A DNA stretch of 64,000 nt from Eledone cirrhosa. Lineage: Eukaryota. Shown in pieces: positions 24,360 to 40,619 of the stretch. The stretch covers positions 247,628,001 to 247,692,000 of the forward strand of contig OZ024742.1 in assembly GCA_964016885.1 (NCBI GenBank), in the 5' to 3' direction. Below the pieces are notes generated by a model. It made no database searches and was not told where the DNA came from. It worked only from the letters and a program-made list of their open reading frames with translations. How positions within the stretch are numbered: the first letter of the stretch is position 1; every line of letters starts with the position of its first letter. The position numbers and the translations under genes were made by a program.

Positions 24360-24818
24360 CAAAGAAGGGAGAGAGATTGAGAGAGAGAGAGAAAGACAAG
24401 AAGAGAACAAGAAAAATACAGAGTTTACATTGTGCTGTGTGTCTTCTTTAGTACAATGACTTCATGTGGAGATGTACTGGATATGTTACGTGGTAATGCT
24501 GGCAGTGTTTGTAATGGTTATCGCGTTAGTATTGTTGTTGGTGGTAATTGTGATAGTGTTAGTGGGTATAGTCTGGCTGTTTTCTTGTTGGTGGTAATGA
24601 TAGTAAAGTTCGTGTTGTGGGAATGAAGATTACTATTAGTGATGTGTGATAAAAATATTCAATGAAGAAACCTGTTTGATTCTAGCGATGCAACAAGGTA
24701 TTGTAATCAAAAGAACCAGACGCCACGCAATATATATGGGACATAGTGACGTGAGATTTGTTATTGCTGCCGCTGTTGTTTCCGCCTGTCCCCCTTTTCG
24801 TTTCGAAAATTCTAGGGG

Positions 24819-27715
<2,897 letters not shown>

Positions 27716-28319
27716 TATGTAGAGAGTGTGAGAGCGCGCGTGTGTAAATAAATATAACATCTACAAATCTACAGTTTTATTACAATGCCATATAAAACAT
27801 ATAATTACATATTCACACGTATTGGAATAAAATCTGTAATTGTCTCTCGAAGAATGGCACCAGTATGATTTATGGCTATTCTCTCTCACACGGAATCCTG
27901 TTCTTTAGATATTCTAATCATTTAATTACGACAGATAATTTGTCTTTGAATAGAGCAACGAGGAATTATTTCGGAGAATTAGCAATCACTGTAATACGTT
28001 TGTTGTATTACGGAGTTTTATACTGTTACATTGCGTTTAGCTGTTGTCGTTGTTTTGGGGAAACTACAGGTGAAATTGTAATTCGAGTCTGCGGCTCTCT
28101 GTCTATCTATCCATACTCATGTCTATAAATCAATCTAGGTTTCCCTCTCAGCCTCTCCCCTCTCTCTTTCTCTATAGCTCTCTCTCTCTCTATATATATA
28201 TATATACATATATATATGTGTGTGTGTCTGTGTAAAAGGTAATCAGAAATAGCAACACAGTCTGTATAGTATATGGAAGGAATATATTAGATTACCGCTT
28301 GAAATAGCAGGAAGAGAGT

Positions 28320-28353
28320 CTTCACGTTTCAGACGCTAGTCCTTCATCAGAAG
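28320..28353 (-). ncRNA. Degenerate minimal hammerhead (family F), probably inactive
   Basis: Reverse complement reads ctt-CTGATGA-aggac(tagc)gtct-GAAA-cg-TG-aag. The cleavage triplet is GUG, which violates the NUH rule. Confidence 0.55.
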
Positions 28354-28488
28354 GAATAATGAGAAATTAGAAAGATTGGAGTTACAGGAAGGGAGGAATC
28401 GGAAAACTTATTTTTAGAGAAAAGTAACAGCTCCATTATATGTCCCCCCCCCTACACACACACACTCACATACATACATACATATATA

Positions 28489-29467
28489 TGTAGGAGGTGA
28501 GTTTTGTTGTAGTACAATAAAGCAATGCAGATATCGAATAAGAAGCACTCTACAGTTTGTAGGACTGGAGTATACATAATATATAAGAACAAAAGATGGT
28601 TAAAAGAGTTCCATGTATTTTATTATGCGCATTTCTGTACCTTTTCTCACTGTTGCCTAACATAGAATCAATTATTACATAATACAATACATTCTTACTC
28701 TATATCACCTTGTAAAAATCTTTCGTAAACAAACATTTTTTTGACGTTAGATTATTCATCCTCAATTCATTATTCATTTCTCCCTTTCATCTAACTCATT
28801 CATGCTAATCTCACAATATATCCTTACTTAAATTACCTGTTGTTCTTTTTAATAATACATATCAACATTTTCTTTCCATCATATTATTAAACCCTAAATA
28901 TCATTCTTAATACATATTAAATTTTTCTTTCCATCGCACATGTTATTAAACCCTTAAATATTATTCTTAATACATATTAACATTTTCTTTTCATCGCACA
29001 TATTATTAAACCCCTCAATATACAAAGCTTAACTTTACATTATTTTTCTCTTCGTTAATTTTCAAATTCTTTTAATTTATACATTATCTTCCAACGGTTT
29101 TCAACCTCTCTATGTAAAACAATATATCTTTCTCAGTTATAAAAGCTATCTCTCTCTCTCTCTCTATCACCCATCTCTCCTCCTATCTCATCCTTCCTCA
29201 TTATACTCCTCCCTCTCCACTTTTTACTCTCATCTCCTTTTCATCCCCCCCCCCCTCAAAATAAAATATTTTTCCCAATATCACACATCAATCTAAAACT
29301 ACTTCTCATATGTTGATTTAAAACTCCACTATCCACAAGTGTTTTTTAACCTTCATATCATGTCTTCCTGTTTTATCTGATGAAAACACAAATATTATTG
29401 CATGATGATATTTGTTTTTGAAATGCGCATAATAAAATATATGGAACTCTTTTAACCATCTTTTGTT

Positions 29468-29470
<3 letters not shown>
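28489..29470 (+). mobile_element. Longest family C copy (~1 kb non-coding, short inverted arm at 5', HHR near 3' end)
   Basis: Ends homologous to other family C copies; AT/pyrimidine-rich interior with no ORF. Confidence 0.75.
29371..29437 (+). ncRNA. Type I hammerhead ribozyme (family C)
   Basis: ttttat-CTGATGA-aaacacaaatattattgcatgatgatatttgttttt-GAAA-tgcgca-TA-ataaaa. Confidence 0.85.
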
Positions 29471-29550
<80 letters not shown>

Positions 29551-29779
29551 GCAAACATATATCGCCGTCGGCGGCTATTCCACACTTACATATATTAGCC
29601 ACTCCTTCGTTTCCATTCTCATGTATTTGACTGACCCTTTCAACTAAATATAGTTTGATCCCAACATATCCATACAAGTTTCACTTGTCGTACGTGGACA
29701 TGTTTAGTCTTCGGGGACAAGTTTTATTATGCTCTTGTGTTTTATTCATATCTGAGACGGTCTTTTTCAAATAGAGAGT

Positions 29780-30445
29780 GGAAGAGACCTTTTAATCATT
29801 CCAATCAAATGACTCGATCACAAGTCCGAGCATCGCTGCTCTTATTTCGAAGCGTAAGCGGTCGAAATTGGGGACTACTGAAAGGTCTTTGGAGCAACGG
29901 TACCCGATAATGCTCGTAGCTCGGAGACCAGAGATTCGTTCCTTCTCCGAATTGAAGAGGCACAGCTCTGATACTACAGACATGTAGTCAGAATACTGGA
30001 CGAATTTGTACGGGCAGTTGGCCGGTGATCCAGTGATAGACACAGAGCAATATAATTGGAAAACATTCATGGGCTTTGCTGGTTTCGGTTGGGGATACAG
30101 CCGGATAAATTAGAGACAGTTGCTACTGAGAGGACACTCAAAAGGTAGGGGAAAAAAGGATACGATCAGGAGTACAGGCAGCCGAAATGGGGTTCATCCG
30201 AATGGTCTTTGGAGCAACGTTACTAGATAGTGTGTCTAGCTCAGAGAACAGAGAGTCACTTCGGGTAGACCCGCTACTTCTCCGAATTGAGAGATCACAG
30301 CTCCGATACTATGGACATGTGGTTAGAATGTCTCAGGAAAGATCGCTGTAAAAACCAAACAGCCAGATGGTTGGATAACATCCATGACCTTGGCTGTTCT
30401 CAAGAAGAAGAAGAAGAAGAAGAAGAAGAAGAAGAAGAGGAAGAT
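29780..30445 (+). mobile_element. Two diverged RTE LINE 3'-end fragments in tandem, with (GAA)n tail
   Basis: EMGFIRMVFGATLLD...PLLLRIERSQLRYYGHVVRM (30184-30330); paralogous segment at ~29865-29995. Confidence 0.75.
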
Positions 30446-30885
30446 AATAATAATAACCGGTCCCTACCACTTCCGTTTTCTGCCTCTTGCAGTTGAATCC
30501 TTCGGAATCCAATGTCAACTAATTGCCATTTTTCTCAGTAAAGTCGGGAAGAATGCAACCCATCGAAGAAGAATTCTGTGTGACGCTTTTGCGTCACGAC
30601 AATGATTTCGTCTTCCAGCGCTTAGCCAAGGGTATACAATTTCATCGATCTCCTTTTCAGCACAGCACAGCAATTTTTCCTTTTTTTTTTTTCTTACTCT
30701 TCTTTCTAGTCACAAAAGAATTATTATATCCACTTTAAGATTTATATTTATTTCATGGAGTCGAAACTTTAGTGTCACTCTTAGAGTTATAAAAGTAGGC
30801 AGACAAATATAATTTGCTAAACACTCACATACATGTTTCTGAAAATACCTACAAACCTATGCATATATATTTTTTCTTTATTGTC

Positions 30886-30974
<89 letters not shown>

Positions 30975-31077
30975 TGTATATGTATGTATTGTATTGTATA
31001 TATATATATATATATATGCCAACGAAAACACGACCACAACAATATTACTAAACGGACTACCGTCGTTTTAGGATATA

Positions 31078-31261
<184 letters not shown>

Positions 31262-31529
31262 CATATGTGTGTATGTGTGTTTATGATTATTAAGCATGAA
31301 GAAGCGTTGGTTCAATGTAAATCATTCCTTGTGTACATGCTGAAATACGTTTTATTAACTCCCAAGGGTAGATATATTTATACCCATACACATGTTCACT
31401 TACGTAAACACAAACTCAATCACATATAACATACTCATGCACACATGCAGGAACATATATACATACATATACATATACACAACTCGGACATGGACACTAT
31501 CATCCATTTATATATATATGTATATGTAG

Positions 31530-31566
<37 letters not shown>

Positions 31567-31569
<3 letters not shown>

Positions 31570-31765
31570 CGAAGGTAATGTGGTAAGGAACCAGGTGGAC
31601 CATAACGCACCAAAGTACTCAATACTTGAGGTAGTAGAGTGGGTAATAGGAACCAGTAAGACCCCGACAGCTGAGCTCAAGCCGTTTCGACGGCTAATTC
31701 TGGACTCTGAGTCCAGAATTAGCCGTCGAAACGGCTTGAGCTCAGCTGTCGAGGTCTTACTGGTT

Positions 31766-31768
<3 letters not shown>
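31567..31768. repeat. TA-flanked element ending in a ~60-bp-arm palindrome
   Basis: ggaaccagtaagacc...gagctcaagccgtttcgacggctaattctggactc|t|gagtccagaattagccgtcGAAAcggcTTgagctc...ggttcc. Confidence 0.85.
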
Positions 31769-31820
<52 letters not shown>

Positions 31821-31849
31821 GTATATATATATAATAGAAAGAGAGAGAA

Positions 31850-31896
<47 letters not shown>

Positions 31897-32390
31897 TGCT
31901 GGTGTCAGTATATTTAACTCCCATAAAATATTTCTAGTTATATTTATAATTTAATACATACATTTACATACATAGATACATACATACAAACGTACATACA
32001 CACACATACTGAGATACACACACACATGAACACACACACATACACAGACAAGCATATGCACATACATTCATTTCATAATTTCATAGTGGCATTTATGCAA
32101 ATCTATTTATTTATATGCATTTGCATAAGTGCATATCAGTGCAAACATAGTGGAATATACACGTCTGCAAGCACATACACACATAAAGATACAAACGCAC
32201 ACACAGCCACAGACACATGCTCACATACATAGACACATATATATGTGTGTATAGATGTATACGTATATATATATACATACATATGTACATACATGTGTCC
32301 TCAGTCATAAAGCGTTCTTCCTTGCACATACACATACATATTTCTCTTTCTATCCATAACTCTCACCCCCTCTTTCTCCCCACGTATATG

Positions 32391-33266
<876 letters not shown>

Positions 33267-33296
33267 TATATGTGTGTGTGTACATGTATGTATGTA

Positions 33297-33354
<58 letters not shown>

Positions 33355-33819
33355 TATATATATGTATATACATGCTGGTATGTATGTATGTATTTATGTA
33401 TAGCTTCACATAACTACATTTACTCATATATTCGCTATATAAGAACATTTTGCATTGGCTTTCACATAAACCTTTATTGAGGTGCAACAGGGAGCAAGCG
33501 GTGCTTTTATGTAAGCAATTTATTAATATTTCTGCAACGCTGGTCTTTATCACTTACAGAATACACCACCTTTTATTAGAAATTTATACATGCAAAGCTG
33601 ACTCCTGTAGTTATAACCACGTGACTCCAGTAGAAATCATATATGACGAATAACGTTGGATCTTGTTAGAATAGCACAGAAGCTGGCGCTGATGGTAGTT
33701 TGTTACGTACTCTGTATAAATGTATTAAATGGAAGAAAAAAAAAGTAATAATAACAATGCTAGTTGTAATAATAATAATGATAATAATAATAACAATAAT
33801 GATAATAAAAATAATAATA

Positions 33820-33858
<39 letters not shown>

Positions 33859-34224
33859 GTAATAATAACAATAACGAGGAGAAGAAGAAGTAGAAGAAGA
33901 AGAAGCAGAAGCAGAAGGAATAGAGTGATAATTATATTACGTATGCTTGTTTTATTCCAATTCTATTGGTTTCAGACGTTGGATTTCGGTAATGCTGGGA
34001 AACAGTATTGAAGGTCATATCTGTTTACCCCCTCTTACTGTGACTAAGTCATTAATACATGCAACACATACGCACATTCATAAACACACACACACACACA
34101 TATATATATACATACAGAAACACACACATACACACATATGTATGCATATACCATATATTTTATATATATATTTTATATATATATTATATATATACATATA
34201 TATATGTATATATATATATATTTA

Positions 34225-34268
<44 letters not shown>

Positions 34269-34437
34269 GTATATATATATGTGTGTGTGTCTGTTTGTGT
34301 TTGTGTGTGTCTGTGTGTCTGTGTGTGTGTGTGTATATATATATTTATATATATGCGTGTATATATGCATACATACACACATACACACACAAGCACACAT
34401 TAGCACACACACACACACATATATATATATACATCAT

Positions 34438-34918
34438 TTGGCAGTATCGGTAGAGGGTCGGACGCCATGCTTTCCAGCATAGTTACATCTCTTTACGATC
34501 TGAGTTCAAATCCCGCCGAGGTTGACTTTGCCTTTCATCCTTACGGGGTCGATAAAATAAAGTACCAGTAATGTACTGGATAATTGCTGGCCCTGTTCCA
34601 AAAGTAGAAACAATTATTTAATGACGCCATGCTTTGAGGCATAGAGTTACGGCCTTTGCATTTTGAGTTCAAATGCCGCCGAGGTTAACTTTGCCTTTCA
34701 TCTTTACGGGGTCGGTAAAATAAAGTACCAGTAATGCACTGCGTATTTTCTGGTCTTGTGCCAAACGTAGAAACAATTATTTAATATATAAATGATCTGA
34801 GTTCAAATCCCGCCGAGGTTAACTTTATCTTTCATTCTTACGGTGTCGATAAAATAGAGTACCAGTAATAAAATGGGATAGTTGTTGGCCTTATGCGAAA
34901 AGTAGAAACAATTATTTA
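34438..34918 (+). mobile_element. Head-to-tail trimer of SINE S1, progressively 5'-truncated
   Basis: Units ~34438-34618, ~34622-34782 and ~34796-34918, each ending aaaagtagaaacaattatt or a close variant. Confidence 0.88.
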
Positions 34919-35049
34919 TTACAGAAATGGGTTCTACAGGTCTAAAACTGTTTCATTCGTATGAAATCATCATATCAATATACGTGAGCGTAAAAGGATT
35001 AGGGTCATCAAATCCCATAGCCTAAACCAAGCACATTGTCCCCATCATA

Positions 35050-35270
35050 TTTGACGGGCCCATCTTAAACACACAAGTTTACTGCTGAACTAGACAATGG
35101 ATGAACAGACTGGAATTGATGAATGGACTCGCAAGCTGCTTAGTGTTACTGGAAATGTTAACATAGATGATAATGGAGATAGGTTCTATTTACCAGGCAG
35201 TTTTGGTGGCCGATGCCTAACATTCTTATAAACAGACAATAATACCAAAGCCATCCATTCAAAAGAAGAT
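35050..35270 (+). mobile_element. R4/Dong-like RT thumb fragment
   Basis: IDEWTRKLL...DRFYLPGSFGGRCL resembles the D..TRK.L...DRLYLPR..GGRGL motif. Confidence 0.6.
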
Positions 35271-35796
35271 GGTTTTAACTTAACCTCTCACACATATTCA
35301 CGATAATAAAAGTAACAATATTGTTAGGATTTCTAGTGAACTGAAGGAGAGAAGAAATAAAATCCGGTACAGATATCTCTCCCATAGCCACTGTTATTGG
35401 AGCCACATGGTATATACCAACTCCCTTGGAGAAATGTATAACTGAATTTGTATTCTTGGGGAAAGAAGGGAGCGTCATAATGCATAATACTAAATGGTCA
35501 TCATGTCTGAAACATTCTTAAGATTCAAAGGATGAACGATTGTACAAAGTATGATTGAAAATTTATGTTTATATATCCATGCAGCTGGAAAAATTAAACT
35601 CGAAATAAAAAAACAAACCTACATACATACACACACCCACGCATATATTATACATATATATATAGTTGATGGGACTAGCATAAGTTTCCCTGCTAGTACC
35701 GGTTGCATCTCAGCGTACTCAATATAAAAAAACCCAGAGTATACACAAAGTTAATTGCTTCAATACAACACACGTAAATAAATACCATAAATCTAT

Positions 35797-35909
35797 ACCC
35801 GTACTCGAGCTTCGGCCTCATTTAACGCAACTTGCGAGCGTACAGCATCTACTGTCTGCATTTTTTATGCAACAATGCGCAGACAGTGGATGTAGCTTCA
35901 TCAGCGGGT
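35797..35909 (-). ncRNA. Hammerhead-like motif with large structured stem II insertion (family G)
   Basis: Reverse complement reads acccg-CTGATGA-[~84 nt containing the hairpin catccactgtctgc/gcagacagtagatg]-GAAG-ctcgag-TA-cgggt. Confidence 0.55.
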
Positions 35910-36696
35910 CGCGCCTAATCAATAACCAATCTATCTACAGAATTCGATTACAGTCCGTGGCGCCTATGGCAGTGCATCCCTACGCGTCACCAGAATTCCG
36001 CCTACCGATTAGCCACTGGGTCAGACATTTACGTGATGGCAGGAGTCGAAATTCTACTCCTTTCCGCCCCTCCATAAGGACTGACCAACCTATCTCAAGT
36101 CAAACTCAAATTAACAAGTGAGTGAAAAAATCGATTAGTAGAGAAAATCTGGCTCGAATCGCTGTACAATAGAATGGTAGCATTTGGCTCTAGTTTCCAA
36201 CTACCATGGCTTATACGGTGCGATAGTAACAATGGATGTGCCTAAAACCTTTCCGGACATTAAATGCCATATAATAAAAATAAACTTGGACATATACGGG
36301 AGGATTTATAATTAGAAATATTTTAGGTTAGAGTCAGAGATAAAATAAAGTACAAGTCACGCACTGGGGGCGATTTAATCCACTTTCCAATCTCCCCAAA
36401 TTGAGGGTCTTGTGACTATATAAGAAACCATTATACCTTACCATTATATGAAAAGGGAATATTGGTTAATGTAGACTCATAAAATCTGTCCAAAAAATAT
36501 ATTTAAGGGATGGTCACGGCTGAAATAGCTAAAGAAGAACGCTGAAGATGGGAACAACAACACCAACCGCTGCAACAACTCTGATAGCAAGAGGTACAAA
36601 AACAATTTGAACATCGAACACAACAACGATGAAAGCAACAGTAACAGCAACACTCCCAACAACAACAACACCACCACCACCACCACCACCACCACC

Positions 36697-36728
<32 letters not shown>

Positions 36729-37869
36729 CAACAATAACAATAACAACAATATCAACAACAACAACACTAACAGCAAAAAACAAGAACACCAACATCAACA
36801 AATGACGGATGAATAAATTATTTACTGAAAAATATGGAGTCGTCTTCAGATTTGAAACCTTTTAAGATTAGACACCATTTTATTGGAGAAGGAGGTGGGC
36901 CTAAATAAATAAATAAATAAATAAATAATAGGACGGAATGTTTGCCATTATTTCAGAATGTGCTCTTTACTAAATGATAACGTAAGAAAGTTTAGAATTG
37001 TGAAAGACTCTAAATAAATACCATTTAATAATATTTAAGTTAGCTAAATCGTGTTTGAAACGTCATTTTTGTTGTCGAATCAAAACAAAGAAATATATAC
37101 AAAAATAGAGAAAAGAAGAAAAGGCAAAACTGAAACCTAAGATGAAAGCATATTTGCTGATAGTCTTTTATAAAACAATTAGGTTCCAAATTTACCATAA
37201 ATGTCGGTTCCACTATCAAAATATCCCATTAAAATCAAATAACAAAGCTCAGATTTTTCCCATAGTTATGTTTATGACTTTTTAGAAAGAATTATTTTTC
37301 GTTCGGATGTAAAAAAGTAACAAACCAAAACATGTAAAACAAATGAATATAGAAAGAACAACGTAAATTTTCGATGGTTTATTAAATAAATAAATCAATA
37401 AACAATAATGATAATGATAACAACAATGTTATTTCTATTTTGTATTTTATATAATTATGCTTCTCTCTCTCACTCATTCTCTCTTGCTCTCTCTTTCTCC
37501 CTCTGTCTCTCCTCTCTTTCTCTCTGTGATGCCCCCCTTCCCCTCCCCTCCGCGTCTCTCTATTACTTTCCCGTTTCTTTCTGTCTATCCGTTCCTCTCA
37601 AGCATATTATTTGTTCTTATATTCAGACTAAAAAGAGAATTTAATTTCACAATTTTCATGAAGTAAAATCCAGCAATTACTTTGTTTACAAATGACAATG
37701 ATATATGTTTAATGCCCATTTTGTGTAACGGGTAGAAACGGCTGGGTCATTAAGAGGTGAATAGTGGGTATATTGAGGAATTACTTCCAAGGTAATTTGG
37801 TGTATTCAATTTAAAAAACACAATTAAGGGCATTCGGTACACAGATTCGTGGACAAAAAGCTAACAGAT

Positions 37870-37915
<46 letters not shown>

Positions 37916-38052
37916 CCACGAGTCTGTATACTGAATGCCCTTAAAATATAAATATGTATATATATATATACAATATATATATATACAATATATATATATA
38001 TATATATGTATAAATATATATATATATAAATATATATATACACAATATATAT

Positions 38053-38092
<40 letters not shown>

Positions 38093-38107
38093 ATATATAT
38101 ATATACA

Positions 38108-38165
<58 letters not shown>

Positions 38166-38214
38166 AAATATATATATACAATATATATATATATATATAC
38201 AAAATAGACATGAA

Positions 38215-38247
<33 letters not shown>

Positions 38248-38249
<2 letters not shown>

Positions 38250-38497
38250 GTAATAATAATAAATTTGAAGACTAAAATCCAAAGAGGACTCGATAAGGAT
38301 AAATATATATCAAATATATAAGAATCGTAGAGCAAATATTTATTAAAATAACAGATTAAAGTTTAAGCAAAGAATCGCTTCTTTCACCCTTAACGGGATC
38401 TTCTGAAACGGGAGTTTCAGAAGAATCAGACGTTTCAGAAGATCCCGTTAAGGGTGAAAGCAGCGATTCTTTGCTTAAACTTTAATCTGTTATTTTA

Positions 38498-38505
<8 letters not shown>
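38248..38505. mobile_element. Palindromic TA-flanked element (family H); related copies at 4258-4308, 16176-16225 and 39878-40082
   Basis: Arms ~38336-38410 and ~38431-38505 are reverse complements. Confidence 0.82.
38432..38480 (+). ncRNA. Hammerhead-fold motif with variant core CAGAAGA (family H); mirror copy at 38361-38409 (-)
   Basis: gttt-CAGAAGA-t-ccc(gttaa)ggg-t-GAAA-gca(gcgattctt)tgc-TT-aaac. All three stems form; only core U4 is changed. Confidence 0.6.
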
Positions 38506-38539
<34 letters not shown>

Positions 38540-38829
38540 ATACTTTCGGAGGGTCATGTTGCCAATAAGAAACACACGCACCAGTTGCTTTCACTTCAAT
38601 TTATTATAAATTAAATTCATAAATTTAGGAATTTATAAATTTCCGGTTGGTTGGTTGGTTCCACAACCAAATGATTGTTCATATATTGTCAAAGTTCTTT
38701 CGTCACAAATTATGTGACCTCTTCAGTTACTGGGGATTCTTTTCTCTCTCTCTCTCTATATATATATATTTATATATATATATATATATATATCAATAAT
38801 ATTAATAACATTTTTATAAAACCGTATTT

Positions 38830-38889
38830 ATTTTATTATATATATTTCAAGTGTAACAAAATTTTGTTACTACACTCATCAGATAATAT
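38830..38889 (-). ncRNA. Type I hammerhead ribozyme (family E-like)
   Basis: Reverse complement reads atattat-CTGATGA-gtgtagtaacaaaattttgttacactt-GAAA-tatata-TA-ataaaat. Confidence 0.72.
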
Positions 38890-39039
38890 ACAAAAAATTT
38901 GTTTACAGTTAGGGACATATTCAGACAAGATCTTAATAGAGTTAATAATAGGAACTTAAAATTAAACCCAACCCAAATAAACCCCAATAGCAATAATAAT
39001 ATTACTAATAACAGTACTTATAATAATTATAATAATCAT

Positions 39040-39198
39040 AGCGTTCCTCTAGACAACAACTCTAGAAAATGTAACTCAAGAAACAAATTATCATGCCCTT
39101 TACAGAATCATTGTCTAGATATAAACTTAGTATGCAAATGCACCATAAAAACTAGAGATAAATTATATAACTATATAGGAGCCACTTCTACAAAATAA
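39040..39198 (+). pseudogene. Penelope-like element Cys-rich linker and GIY-YIG endonuclease fragment
   Basis: KCNSRNKLSCPLQNHCLDINLVCKC...LYNYIGATS matches the PLE CNC...CPL...CL...VY.....YIG.T pattern. Confidence 0.8.
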
Positions 39199-39201
39199 TG
39201 T

Positions 39202-39530
39202 TTATTTCCTCGCTTGATAAGTCAGTATGTTTTCATGCGTAAGTAGATTAAATAGATTAGGGGTTATTGAAGAATAGTAGTTAGCAATAACCATTTGTAA
39301 AAATGTTGTGTTATCTTTGGATTTAATGTCTACGAACCAATCGATCACTTCGTTTGTACCGTTCCAAAGATTAAGGTATGATTTATTCTTAAGTACTGGT
39401 ATGATTATATCTAGTATATTTTTACTAATTATACCTAGATCGGATTTAGATGGTGCAATAAGTCTGACTGGTAGTTCCGCTTCGAAATTCCTTTTGTGGT
39501 CCTTCATATTTATCTTCGGTTGTCCTATTT
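39202..39530 (-). pseudogene. Penelope-like element reverse transcriptase N-terminal fragment, inverted relative to the GIY-YIG piece
   Basis: KDHKRNF...VRLIAPSKSDLGIISKNILD...W..T.EVIDWF...F.Q..I.NYYSSI matches PLE RT motifs 1, 2 and A. Confidence 0.82.
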
Positions 39531-40100
39531 TCGATACCTAATTTGTGGATAATTTAGGAAGTTGTGATTTCTATTTGAATAAGTAACAAAACTTCAAACC
39601 TCAAGATGAATATGCTTATGAGGATAACGTTAACACTGAAAAAGATCGTTATGTTTAGAAGCTAGGTAAATTTAAATAATTATTAGGATTATTTTTTTAA
39701 TGAGAAAAGGTATTAGGGTGGAAGGAAATTTAAAAAAAGATTTTAAGAAAAAATAAATTATAGCTACTAACAGAATATATAAGGAATGTACGTATATAAA
39801 TGTCTGAGGCGTATTTGCAAGGATGTAGAGAGAATGAAATAATTATATTTATGTTTATATATATATATATATATATATAGTAATAATAATAAATTTGAAG
39901 ACTAAAATCCAAAGAGGGCTCGATAAGGATAAATATATACGAGATATATAAGAACCGTAGAGCAAATATTTATTAAAATAACAGATTAAAGTTTAAGCAA
40001 AGAATCGCTCCTTTCGCCCTTAACGGGGGGTGAAAGCAGCGATACTTTGCTTAATCTTTAATCTGTTATTTTAATAAATATATATATATATGCATGTATG

Positions 40101-40131
<31 letters not shown>

Positions 40132-40619
40132 AAATATGTATATATATTTCTATATATTCATATATATTAGTTACAATTATGCATCAACCAGTACAATCTT
40201 ATATCGTATAATTGTGTATAATAAAGCATGACCGGGTAAATGGCTACTCGCTCCATCGAACAAAAGCAGAAACTATACAGATGATTTAGTTACTTAGAAC
40301 GGGCTAACGCTTGAATGTAAGCATTTTTATTTCACAGTTGGTTTACAAAAGATTTAGTAAAAGTGATGTAAACGGTGGCGAAGAACGGTCGCGGTGGGAA
40401 GGAATCATATATAAGGTCGTAGGCTATGACAAAAGGTCTTTGACAATTAATTAATTGCTTCATTAGCCAACTGATCGATGGATTAATTAACTGATTAGTA
40501 ATATATCCGAAATGAAACTGAGCTAGTGCATGTATCATAAAGTATCCAAAGTACAAAAATCACCGAATTATCTTTCAACTTCAATTCAATCGACCTATTA
40601 GTTAGATAGATTCTCTTTA

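Noticed and set aside
36477-36816. Poly-N/T/V/L ORFs (also 21420-21480 and 33745-33920)
   Set aside because: Trinucleotide microsatellites, not coding.
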